From positions 7,926,047-7,990,046 of the forward strand of contig CM082591.2 in NCBI GenBank assembly GCA_040954595.2: a DNA stretch of 64,000 nt, in the 5' to 3' direction. The position numbers and the translations under genes were made by a program. Positions 49,109-61,165 of the stretch are shown piece after piece (position 1 is the stretch's first letter; every line of letters starts with the position of its first letter). The stretch is from Balanoglossus misakiensis. Taxonomy: Eukaryota > Animalia > Hemichordata. The notes under the pieces are model-generated. The model was not told the origin of the DNA, did no database searches, and saw only the letters and a list, made by a program, of their open reading frames with translations.

Positions 49109-49461
49109 AGTCAACAAGTTTTATATAAGTTCTTACATTGGCAAGTACACTGCTGTAAGAGAGCTGAGACAGTATCCACCCATTTGTTGAGGTCAAAAGT
49201 TCTTGAAGTACACAATGGACAATTCTTTTCACAAAGATAACAATTGAAATATTTGCGCTGCGGTGAGGCTGTCAGAAAAGAGTTAGTCAACAAGTTTTAT
49301 ATAAGTTCTTACATTGGCAAGTACACTGCTGTAAGAGAGCTGAGACAGTATCCACCCATTTGTTGAGGTCAAAAGTTCTTGAAGTACACAATGGACAATT
49401 CTTTTCACAAAGATAACGATTGGAATTTTTGCGCTGCGGTGTGGCTGTCAGAAAAGAGTCT
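49109..49461. repeat. 176-bp direct tandem duplication
   Basis: agtcaacaagttttatataag at 49109 and 49285. Confidence 0.9.
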
Positions 49462-50464
49462 AAAAGATTAAATAGTTTTAAAATAAATTTTTGTTGTCCC
49501 ACAAATTAGGTACTTATCCTCAAACATGTACAAAGGATGCCATCAGAATTCTTTTCTTGAAATCCATGTTTTAAAATTGTCTGCATGCTTCAGTCACTGA
49601 AGTAGGTTGGACAGAAAGTAATTAATCTTTTTTGAACGAGGACTGCTGAGTGTGTGACAGATTCTCGATTGAACAAGCTTTACTCGCCTTATGAGTGTAA
49701 TAGACCACAAACATTCCAAAAACCTAAGATTGACGACCTCAGTCAGTTCTTCATTACAGGTAAATTAAACACATCTTGATAAACATCTTGACACTTTCTG
49801 CTTCAGACTTTATAGACACCAAACTACAGGTAAATTTGTGTGTGTGTTATCAGGACCTCTGACCCAATAAGGTAAAAGTTAAAAAATAAACCATAATTTC
49901 ACAGCCGCAGTTATAAATAAATCTAAATGAAATTTTTCTTTTCAAATCCATGGGTGTGAAAGGGTGAAAAACTAGAAAACTTAGTATTTCTTAAACCCTC
50001 TCACCCCCAGTTCCCTCACTAGAGGTCCAAGTCCACCATAGAACCATAGAAAACAATGGGTTTGGACCAAACCATGGTGCTGAAAGGGTGAAGCTGATGT
50101 GATAGTAACAAACATTTCCATCCAAAGGCTAATTATTGTTCTGCATTGGAATACATTAATTAATTCTTCGATATCAAATGACGTCAGATGCAGTTCACTT
50201 GGCATTCAAATTTCCAGATGACGGGCAATTTCAGCAACATGGTGCAGACAAAGACTGTGCAGACAAAACGCCATGAGGCTGATGAGGCACCCTACCTGAT
50301 ACATGTTACGTGTCTGGCAGTTCTAAAGTGAAAACAAACTCATAAAAACTTTTACTGGATGCTGAAATATTGCTTGCCCGTCACCTGGAAATGACAATGC
50401 CGTGGGTCACATGGCCAGATCACGTGATTTGATTGTAAAGAATTGTTTTACTGCACTGGCACAC

Positions 50465-53385
50465 GTACACTAATTATTTTTTTGTTGCATTCACCAGGGC
50501 CAGGTTTTTGGCCAAGATCGGGCTGTATCTGACCCCTTTCCTTTTAGCATAGCGCAGCCAGTGGTGGGAATGGGGCAGGGGACCAGACTACTGCACTGGA
50601 ACACAATAATGAATTTTCTGTTGCATTCACCAGGGCCAGGTTTTTGGCCAAGATCGGGCTGTATCTGACCCCTTTCCTTTTAGCATAGCAGCCAGCGGTG
50701 GGAATGGGGCAGGGGACCAGACTACTGCACTGGAACATGTACACTAATGAATTTTCTGTTGCATTCACCAGGGCCAGGTTTTTGGCCAAGATCGGGCTGT
50801 ACCTGACCCCTTTCCTTTTAGCATAGCGCAGCCAGCAGTGGGAATGGGGCAGGGGACCAGACTACTGCACTGGAACACACTAATGAATTTTCTGTTGCAT
50901 TCACCAGGGCCAGGTTTTTGGCCAAGATCGGGCTGTATCTGACCCCTTTCCTTTTAGCATAGCGCAGCCAGCGGTGGGAATGGGGCAGGGGACCAGACTA
51001 CTGCACTGGAACATGTACACTAATGAATTTTCTGTTGCATTCACCAGGGCCAGGTTTTTGGCCAAGATCGGGCTGAACCTGACCCCTTTCCTTTTAGCAT
51101 AGCGCAGCCAGCGGTGGGAATGGGGCAGGGGACCAGACTACTGCACTGGAACACACTAATGAATTTTCTGTTGCATTCACCAGGGCCAGGTTTTTGGCCA
51201 AGATCGGGCTGTATCTGACCCCTTTCCTTTTAGCATAGCGCAGCCAGCGGTGGGAATGGGGCAGGGGACCAGACTACTGCACTGGAACATGTACACTAAT
51301 GAATTTTCTGTTGCATTCACCAGGGCCAGGTTTTTGGCCAAGATCGGGCTGTACCTGACCCCTTTCCTTTTAGCATAGCGCAGCCAGCAGTGGGAATGGG
51401 GCAGGGGACCAGACTACTGCACTGGAACACACTAATGAATTTTCTGTTGCATTCACCAGGGCCAGGTTTTTGGCCAAGATCGGGCTGTATCTGACCCCTT
51501 TCCTTTTAGCATAGCGCAGCCAGCGGTGGGAATGGGGCAGGGGACCAGACTACTGCACTGGAACATGTACACTAATGAATTTTCTGTTGCATTCACCAGG
51601 GCCAGGTTTTTGGCCAAGATCGGCTGAACCTGACCCCTTTCCTTTTAGCATAGCGCAGCCAGCGGTGGGAATGGGGCAGGGGACCAGACTACTGCACTGG
51701 AACACACTAATGAATTTTCTGTTGCATTCACCAGGGCCAGGTTTTTGGCCAAGATCGGGCTGTATCTGACCCCTTTCCTTTTAGCATAGCGCAGCCAGCG
51801 GTGGGAATGGGGCAGGGGACCAGACTACTGCACTGGAACACACTAATGAATTTTCTGTTGCATTCACCAGGGCCAGGTTTTTGGCCAAGATCGGGCTGTA
51901 TCTGACCCCTTTCCTTTTAGCATAGCGCAGCCAGCGGTGGGAATGGGGCAGGGGACCAGACTACTGCACTGGAACATGTACACTAATGAATTTTCTGTTG
52001 CATTCACCAGGGCCAGGTTTTTGGCCAAGATCGGGCTGTACTTGACCCCTTTCCTTTTAGCATAGCGCAGCCAGCAGTGGGAATGGGGCAGGGGACCAGA
52101 CTACTGCACTGGAACACACTAATGAATTTTCTGTTGCATTCACCAGGGCCAGGTTTTTGGCCAAGATCGGGCTGTACTTGACCCCTTTCCTTTTAGCATA
52201 GCGCAGCCAGCGGTGGGAATGGGGCAGGGGACCAGACTACTGCACTGGAACACACTAATGAATTTTCTGTTGCATTCACCAGGGCCAGGTTTTTGGCCAA
52301 GATCGGGCTGTATCTGACCCCTTTCCTTTTAGCATAGCGCAGCCAGTGGTGGGAATGGGGCAGGGGACCAGACTACTGCACTGGAACATGTACACTAATG
52401 AATTTTCTGTTCTATTCACCAGGGCCAGGTTTTTGGCCAAGATCGGGCTGTATCTGACCCCTTTCCTTTTAGCATAGCGCAGCCAGTGGTGGGAATGGGG
52501 CAGGGGACCAGACTACTGCACTGGAACACACTAATGAATTTTCTGTTGCATTCACCAGGGCCAGGTTTTTGGCCAAGATCGGGCTGTATCTGACCCCTTT
52601 CCTTTTAGCGTAGCGCAGGCAGCGGTGGGAATGGGGCAGGGGACCAGACTACTGCACTGGAACACACTAATGAATTTTCTGTTGCATTCACCAGGGCCAG
52701 GTTTTTGGCCATGATCGGGCTGTATCTGACCCCTTTCCTTTTAGCGTAGCGCAGTCAGCGGTGGGAATGGGGCAGGGGACCAGACTACTGCACTGGAACA
52801 CACTAATGAATTTTCTGTTGCATTCACCAGGGCCAGGTTTTTGGCCAAGATCGGGCTGTACCTGACCCCTTTCCTTTTAGCGTAGCGCAGTCAGCGGTGG
52901 GAATGGGGCAGGGGACCAGACTACTGCACTGGAACATGTACACTAATGAATTTTCTGTTGCATTCACCAGGGCCAGGTTTTTGGCCAAGATCGGGCTGTA
53001 CCTGACCCCTTTCCTTTTAGCGTAGCGCAGCCAGTGGTGGGAATGGGGCAGGGGACCAGACTACTGCACTGGAACACACTAATGAATTTTCTGTTGCATT
53101 CACCAGGGCCAGGTTTTTGGCCAAGATCGGGCTGTATCTGACCCCTTTCCTTTTAGCATAGCGCAGCCAGTGGTGGGAATGGGGCAGGGGACCAGACTAC
53201 TGCACTGGAACATGTACACTAATGAATTTTCTGTTCTATTCACCAGGGCCAGGTTTTTGGCCAAGATCGGGCTGTATCTGACCCCTTTCCTTTTAGCATA
53301 GCGCAGCCAGTGGTGGGAATGGGGCAGGGGACCAGACTACTGCACTGGAACACGGTAATAAATTTTCTGTTGCATTCACCAGGGC
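50465..53385. repeat. 136/140-bp minisatellite, ~21 copies, ending at the GNPTAB splice acceptor
   Basis: caccagggccaggtttttggccaagatcggg unit; two length variants differing by 4 bp. Confidence 0.95.
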
Positions 53386-53554
53386 TTTGTCAGATCGTGA
53401 GATTCGCACAATGGCAGCCAAGATATATGAACTGCCCATAGATCTTTCAACACTGACAGGTTTAGAGACAATCATGAAAGACTGTGCTCAACTTCTACCC
53501 AAAGAGATGGTCGTAGAATCACCAACATCAGAACAATATTATGACAAAGAAATG
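53383..53554 (+). CDS. GNPTAB: GNPTAB exon (EF-hand-like end, ALSDREIRT...YYDKEM)
   Basis: Acceptor caccag|, donor ATG|gtaag; strong similarity to GNPTAB. Confidence 0.85.
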
Positions 53555-53870
53555 GTAAGAAAGCTACAAACAACTGTATTCAAGCCCCATGAGCTGCAAC
53601 TTTGGGGGATAATTAGGCCAAATAAAAAATATGTGCTGTTCCGATTACCCGACCTACCCTAATTTTAACCCGCCAACCCTAAACTTTTTAGAGCTTCGTA
53701 AACCCGGAAGTAAAAATAACAATGTCAAATATACCGTACAAGATTTATGAAAATTGTGAGAATCACGCAAAACTGTGACATCATACTTCTACACTATGGT
53801 GGCAAAGATATAGAAAAAATGCAAAATAAAAAAAAAATCCCACCTACCAACCCTATTTTGGAAAACTGTT

Positions 53871-54134
53871 ATTCCATCTGACCATCTTCCACTCGAATGT
53901 GACATTAATCTGGCTGCTCCAAAGCGGGTTTCTTACCCTGATCTTTGGGTCTACAACTATAAGAATGCGGACTTCGACCATTTAAAAACCAATATTTCCT
54001 CACTCCCTTGGACTGCACTTCTAAACAGCTCTAACATCGACGATGATGCTGAACTTTTCTATGACCTCCTACAATCGGCTATAGACGACACAATTCCTAA
54101 AGTCCGCATAAAAAGAAGAAAGTTCCCCCTGTGG
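53871..54134 (+). mobile_element. LINE (CR1/L2-like) ORF2 fragment: end of the APE endonuclease and the following linker
   Basis: Translates as IPSDHLPLECDI...VYNYKNADFDHLK...LPW...FYDLLQSAIDDTIPKVRIK...PLW (SDH motif, YxxADF, IP, PW). Confidence 0.8.
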
Positions 54135-55134
54135 CTCATAGAACTGCTAAATAAAACACATCAAGGGAGACCAAAATACAAGTAAGTTTATCGTTAAAGG
54201 GGAAACTTCTTTTTCTTTCAAAATATTTTGGTTATCTTTTTTAAAATGAAAATTTAATCTTCATGTCTAAGTGCCGAAATTAATGCTAATTCTAGACTCT
54301 CGCTCATTACCCCCAACCCCCCCCCCCACCCCCTGCATTTGCAATCTTATCCCCTAATGTGTATACCATTTCCACAGTCACTAAGAGTAGGTTAAATACA
54401 ACTATAGTAAAGGGTGTTTTCTAGCACAGACTGAACTTCCCCTTTAATAGCAAATCCTCTGGGTTTTTTTTCACCTTCTTGCTACTTGTCTTCTTGCTAC
54501 TCAGAAAACTATGAGACTTGATATTACATCTTTAAAGGGACATTAGCTGTATCTTTTGGCTGTACTTTTAGTATTTTTATTCTGTGTATCAAATGCAATT
54601 TCTTGCTCTACTCCAAACAGCACGCTAATATACCACAGTACTCCACTTGTCAACATAGCCTGTATGTGTGTAACGACCATTGTTACTGTTGACAAATGAA
54701 TTCTAGTCCTGGAGACTTGAATTCAAATTTTGCACAATAACAATGCTGACTATAAACATATAGCCTGACTACTGTGATCCTATGAACAGAACACGACAGT
54801 TCTAAACTCAGCGTGTCAACATAGCCTGTATATGTGTATATGGCTATTATTATTGTTGACAAATGAATTCAAGTCCAGAAATTGAATACAAATGACGCAC
54901 AATAACAATAGACTATACACACATGTACCGGTATGTTGTATTGATAGCAAAATGCTTGGTATTTCATCATGTTTCAGGGATTTGAACAAGAAACTGCAGT
55001 AGATACACAAAACAAACATATAGAAATTATAGCGAAAAAGTTACAGCTTAAGGAGCTTTATAAACAAACATTTATAGCTCTTCATGTATCTATCGTGAGT
55101 AATTTGTCTCTAAAATGTATTCTTCCTTTGTCAG

Positions 55135-55233
55135 ACATGAGATCCTTGGAGATGAAGAAGTCGCTTTTAAAATGATCAGAACTAATGTTTCTCACGTCGT
55201 TGGTCAGTTAGATGATATCAGAAGAAATCCAAA
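55135..55233 (+). CDS. GNPTAB: GNPTAB exon ([33 protein letters not shown])
   Basis: Hand translation; tgtcag| and |gtaagt. Confidence 0.85.
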
Positions 55234-55262
55234 GTAAGTGGATATTACTATCTTTTTGGCAA

Positions 55263-55718
55263 ACCTTTAAACCCCGGTGCGGAAAGTACCGGGGTTCGGA
55301 TTAACGTGTGTTTGTATAGTTGTTTATTTGGGAGTGGTCGTCCTGCATAATGACTGTGTAATTGATCTCATGTACATATAAAATAATTGAACACTTTACA
55401 CTTCCAAGTGATTGACAGCTGTTTGGAAGGCGTGGTTATTGCTTCTCAGGGACGCTTCTGAAAAGCACTGAAACCAGATTTCTGCCAAAATCATCGTTGT
55501 TTCAAAAGCTCGTGTACTTTTTCGTCGATAACTTTATGTTGTGTGTGTTTATAAAGCCAACTACTGTCGTTGTGTGGTGTAATTCTTTATGCTTGGACCT
55601 GTTTGGGCCGATTTTCATAGAGCCAAGATCGTTGGTGTTGTCTGTTGTCAGTCAAACGGCATTAAGATTCGCCACTGATTTGGGGGGTCTTTTATACCCC
55701 GCACCGGGGTTTAAAGGA
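55263..55718. mobile_element. MITE with ~20-bp TIRs
   Basis: cctttaaaccccggtgcgg...ccgcaccggggtttaaagg. Confidence 0.7.
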
Positions 55719-56161
55719 CCACGATCTACTTATGCGCATGTGTTATTAACCAGAGACTCTGGTTACGGGCAATAGAAATTATTGAGGCCTATTTTATGAA
55801 GAAAGCCTGGATTTAGGAAATAATGTAAAATAATGCAGTATTCTTTATCATTATTTTTTTTTCTGTAAACATAAACATTTCATGGAGTTTGTCTGAAAAA
55901 TAATCATAGTGCCTGTTCATGCACTATCTTGTATCTGTGTTACGTGCAAAATTTCATGAAAATGACAATTATAGTAGAAGTGCATGTGGATTTTCTAACA
56001 ATTCTTTAAGCGACCATATTGAAAGAGACAAATTCCACGTATTCAGGGAGAGTTTTATCTTTGCTTCTCTGAGACTGACTGACAATTTGGCAAAAATATA
56101 AACATTTAGCTCTCGTTTGGTATATGCATGATGGTAGTGTTCTGCGTGTGTGTTTATGTGA

Positions 56162-56195
<34 letters not shown>

Positions 56196-56221
56196 ATGTG
56201 CATCAGCGTGTGTGTATTGCC

Positions 56222-56872
56222 TATTATTATACACCTACTGCTGTAACCTATGGAGTTCCGTAATACAATAATTCGCGGTATCACCGTCCAATAATTATTC
56301 AAATGAGGACGCGGAGTCCCATAACCCACAGGGTTATTGGACGCATATTTGACCTTTGACCTCACAGCTGTCTGATGTAAACAATGATGATATTGCACCC
56401 TACTCTCACAAAAAATTATATAAAAAGTACACAGTCGTTATTAAACAAAATTATTGGTGGCCCAAGATGCGAAATAAGTCAAAATCCTCGATGAAATTTC
56501 AGTCGAAGGAATGTGTGAACGAACAGGCGAGCGCGTTCATCGCTGCAGCGTAGAACGTCGCGCGCGAGACATCGGCAGCTCGACACTAGCATCACCTGAT
56601 GCGCGAGGTGAAGGCGCGTTCGATATGCAAATTACGTCATGGCGGCGTCTGAAAACTAGAAAGTCCGATAGCGGCCTATTTATTCTTTATCGTTCATCAA
56701 GGACGTCCGGAAAAGGTGTATAATAATAAGGTTATTCACAAAATACCGGGATTTATGTCCTCGTACATCGTACGCTTCGGTATTGTCCTCGACGCTGCGC
56801 GTCTCGGACAATACCTGCGCTGCACGATGTACTCGGACATAAATCCCGGTATTTTGTGAATAACCTTATAAT
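56222..56872. mobile_element. Palindrome-containing non-autonomous element (Crypton-like?)
   Basis: tattattatacacct...aggtgtataataata followed by a ~145-bp hairpin taaggttattcacaaaataccggg...cccggtattttgtgaataacctta. Confidence 0.7.
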
Positions 56873-57192
56873 ATGTACATTATACTGGTATACGGTATAT
56901 GTGGTGGTCGTACTTGCGTGGTGTATGTATATACAAATTAATAAACATGCATGTAATGTATTAAAGCAAGTCTTTTCGTTCTCTGCAAAATCCTGACCTC
57001 TTCACAAATCACAGTCTTTCATGTGAAGATGCAACATCAGGGTTTAGTTGGACTGAATGTTTGAATGAATATTCCAATATGGAAAATATGAAAATAGGCA
57101 TAAAATGAAAATTACAAAAAACCCACTATTTTCATCTTTTTGGTACCAGAAATAAGGACATGTAACATGTTATTGATCTCTCTTGCTTACAG

Positions 57193-57360
57193 AAAGTTTA
57201 TTTGTCTAAATGACAATATAGAACATAACAAGAAAGCTGCCGAAACAGTCAAAGCTGTTCTCCACGATTTTTATGAATCATTATTTCCAATCCAGTCACA
57301 GTTTGAGCTTCCAAGAGAATACAGAAACAGATTCCTTACAATGGATGAACTTAATGAATG
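57193..57360 (+). CDS. GNPTAB: GNPTAB exon (Stealth CR4, KFICLND...SQFELP)
   Basis: ORF track 57140-57364; ttacag| and |gtaagt. Confidence 0.9.
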
Positions 57361-58044
57361 GTAAGTTTACACTCTAACCTTTGACCCTGCATTACTACTG
57401 GTATGTGCTAAACACATTTTCAAAAAAAAAGAAATTCATTCATGACCGTAATGTCCCCACCCAATTGAAGATGTAAGTCTAATTGACAATATTGCCTTAT
57501 CCATAGTTAATATTCCATGAAACTTTAAAGGGACAAAGTCTCTCTTTCGCTGGCCATTTTCATTAATTATGTTTGACGGTTTTTGTTATTCTACATGTGG
57601 AAATATAAAGAATCAATATTTACCCACACAACTTCTATACCGCTTGTAGATATGAGAGTAAAAAACTTGCATTGAGTGCCGAGTTTATAAAAGGTCAATT
57701 GATGTGCAAGGGGCAGAGTTTTCACAGAACAAGAAAAAATACATCTACTATCTGATACAGTGTACTACAGATCTGTTTATTAGAGGTACACAGTCACCTC
57801 CAATATACATTATGGCAAAATGGCATGTCTGAGTTTTCTAAAGAACATATGGTGGCACTCTTTATTTTTGCATGTGTCATGGAATGAAACTCTGTGATTG
57901 GCTACTTCTCAGTTTGCCATGGTGACCGTAGCTAAATTTCCATAGCTGACTGTATACCTTTAACACATCACATTCAAAGACTAGAGATGAGAATATACAT
58001 ATGTACTGTGTACATTTATTGTTTTGATGTCTTGTTTGTTGCAG

Positions 58045-58135
58045 GAGACGTTATCGGGATTGGTTGAGATTCTGGACACATCTGTCAATAGCTTGCCTTA
58101 TTATTTTTTCACTAGCTTCATTTTGTTCACACCAG
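58045..58135 (+). CDS. GNPTAB: GNPTAB exon (C-terminal transmembrane helix)
   Basis: RRYRDWLRFWTHLSIACLIIFSLASFCSHQ; ttgcag| and |gtgagt. Confidence 0.85.
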
Positions 58136-60373
58136 GTGAGTTGTTCAGAAGGGAATGTCATTCTCTGTTTTAGAGTTAATAAGTGAAAAATGTGGTTCAA
58201 AAGTTGTCTGAAAAACACCAGTTTTCCCCAACTTTCATTTATGCACAGCAGTTGAGAGCTGTTGCTTCATCTCCGAGTACATGACGTAAAAACAAGGTCA
58301 GTAGGTCACAGAGTATAAAGTCTTATGTATCGTCGTTATTGGTTCGACAGCCACATTATACTATAAGGTAAGTTTTACACGCAAAATGTATCATATATAG
58401 AACAAACCAGACGAGCTGGAGCCATACTCTGTGACCTATTTGCCTCGTTTACACTCCATCTCCTTGGAGATGATGCAATGTTTTGGAAGAGCGCCCTCTT
58501 TATGCAAAAAGACATATTGCCATGACATTTCATTGGTACGTTTTGTATTAGTGATTGTTTGTTGTTCAGATTGACCTCTCACCTCTCCCCATTCTACACC
58601 ACCTTCTTTAATTATGTACTTGAATATACAATGTACAATTTCTGTCTTGGATTTTGATATGAAGAAATCATTAATATGGTGTGTATTTGTATTTTTGTTT
58701 CAGCTCATGGTTTTAAAGAGAAAATTTTTTTCCTGAAAGAAGGCCGAATATTCGAAGGAATTCACAAACAGAGCAGATGTCACAAGTATGACAAAAAAGT
58801 AATTTTTCATGTGCATCATTTATTTTGTGTTTTTTACAGTGTTTATTTTGGATTACAGAAAAACTCATCTTAGATATTGTTGTAATTTAAAATGGTCATG
58901 TAATGGAAAAATTGTTGATAGGACAAGTTGGATATTACATAGTTACCCTGTCTGGTAGTGAACTGCAAATTTCACTAAATTATTATTTGGGTTTGGAGTT
59001 GACGGTATTATATGAAATACTAGTACTTAAAAATAAGGCACTGTGATTTTAAAGTAAACATTTCAAAGTGTCTTGCCAATTTTCAAGAATACTGCTATGT
59101 TGTTTGACTCTATGAGTTGCAGTATGTGGAAATTTCTCTATTTATTTCAGTTGTCATGGAATCTTACAGAAACATACTGTCATGGTAACTAGTGTATTTA
59201 TTTTGAGTATTGAATGAATGCGATTCAAATGTAACAGTGAAACCAGTTTCAGTTTTAGAATGAATTTTATTCAAGCTCCATTAACTGTGACTATTCGCTA
59301 TGTTTTCAGTATTTTTGTTTTGTGTATCTTCTTTTTCAAATTCTTGATATATGATGAAATAGCCTGTATTTAGCCTATCAACACAACATGTGTGTATAAT
59401 CAGAATTGTTATTGTGCAAAATTTGAATTCCAGTCAGACTAGAATTCATTTGTCAACAATGTCAGTGGATGTTACACACATACAGGCCATGTTAACAAGC
59501 AGAGTACTGGGTAAATATGAGCATGCTGTTTGGAGTAGAACAAGAAATTGAATTTGATACACAGAACAAAAAATCTGGAAATAATGTTCCTTTCAAATCC
59601 AACAGTAAAACCAGTTTCAGGTTTGATTGAGATGAGATAGAAATTGCAAATAGCATTTATGATGGTGATTGACAGTTTATTTACCTACAAGAGGAGATTC
59701 AATCCTGTCTGATATTTCTAAATGTTATAACACAAGTTCTCCTGTTTTTGTTCAGGTGAATGACTAGACGTTTGCAGACTTTACAGGCCGAGATCAAAGT
59801 GAGAACTGAACTGCCACCAATGTCAACATTCCATGGAATTGCATGACGTGCCATAAAAACTGTTTTCATACAGAAGATTTCCTCTTTGAAAATTCAAATG
59901 ACCTGTTGTTATGGTTACCAGAACTCAGAGGCCGCGCTGAGATTTTGGGCTGCACATATTTTTGACGTGTCCATAGAAAAAGTCGGGTCAAAATAACCTG
60001 TCAATTTGAGGTAATGGCCCATTTATTTGAACACTGTGTTTAAAAGTAGCGACATATAGACACACATGGTTCAATCAGCAGACAGTGTCTTTTGCAACAA
60101 GACAAATGAGGGAGTTCTGAGTGAATAGGATAATTTCACAGATTCATTGTCTGTGTGCACATACACCTGTCAATCAAACTGGACCAATTCTAATGATATC
60201 TCACTCCACATTGGTGGTGTAATGGTCACTGCATGTGCGTGGCAAGTCGTGAATTGAACATCTTATGTGGCCGATGTGAGCATCAATCTTGACACGTCAA
60301 CTCATATTTTCACATCCAATGAATATTTTCCATGTAAGATACAAGTGAGTTATGCCTCAAAGCGACTTCTGCA

Positions 60374-61165
60374 GAATAGTTATACATGGCCCAGCATGTA
60401 TGAAGCGTAATCAAGGCCAAAATTCAAAACCCCATTTTCAACCCACAACCTGCCAATTTTCAACACACGTTCCCCAAATTTCCCCAAATTGTTATACATT
60501 GCTCAGCAGCATGTATGAAGCATAATCAAGGCCAAAATTCAAAACCCCATTTTCAACCCACAACCTCCCAATTTTCAACACACGTTCCCCAAATTTCCCC
60601 AAATTGTTATACATTGCTCAGCAGCATGTATGAAGCATAATCAAGGCCAAAATTCAAAACCCCATTTTCAACCCACAACCTCCCAATTTTCAACACACGT
60701 TCCCCAAATTTCCCCAAATTGTTATACATTGCTCAGCAGCATGTATGAAGCATAATCAAGGCCAAAATTCAAAACCCCATTTTCAACCCACAACCTCCCA
60801 ATTTTCAACACACGTTCCCCAAATTTCCCCAAATTGTTATACATGGCCCAGCATGTATGAAGCGTAATCAAGGCCAAAATTCAAAACCCCATTTTCAACC
60901 CACAACCTCCCAATTTTCAACACACGTTCCCCAAATTTCCCCAAATTGTTATACATGGCCCAGCATGTATGAAGCGTAATCAAGGCCAAAATTCAAAACC
61001 CCATTTTCAACCCACAACCTCCCAATTTTCAACACACGTTCCCCAAATTTCCCCAAATTGTTATACATTGCTCAGCAGCATGTATGAAGCATAATCAAGG
61101 CCAAAATTCAAAACCCCATTTTCAACCCACAATCTCCCAATTTTCAACACACGTTCCCCAAATTT
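60374..61165. repeat. 112-115-bp tandem repeat, ~7 copies (paralog of 20442-21228)
   Basis: Same unit. Confidence 0.95.

Larger units (their letters stand above)
53383..58791 (+). pseudogene. GNPTAB: 3' part of N-acetylglucosamine-1-phosphotransferase alpha/beta (GNPTAB homolog), probably disrupted. Exons 53383-53554, remnant ~54135-54181, 55135-55233, 57193-57360, 58045-58135, 58704-58791
   Basis: [52 protein letters not shown]...[24 protein letters not shown] (Stealth CR4), WRRYRDWLRFWTH + TM helix and LKRKFF match the GNPTAB C-terminus as I know it. Gene identity is confident; pseudogene status is less so. Confidence 0.8.

Noticed and set aside
50465-53385. CRISPR-like appearance of the tandem arrays (also 2985, 20442, 24050)
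   Set aside because: Whole units repeat with no unique spacers, there are no cas genes, and the context is eukaryotic
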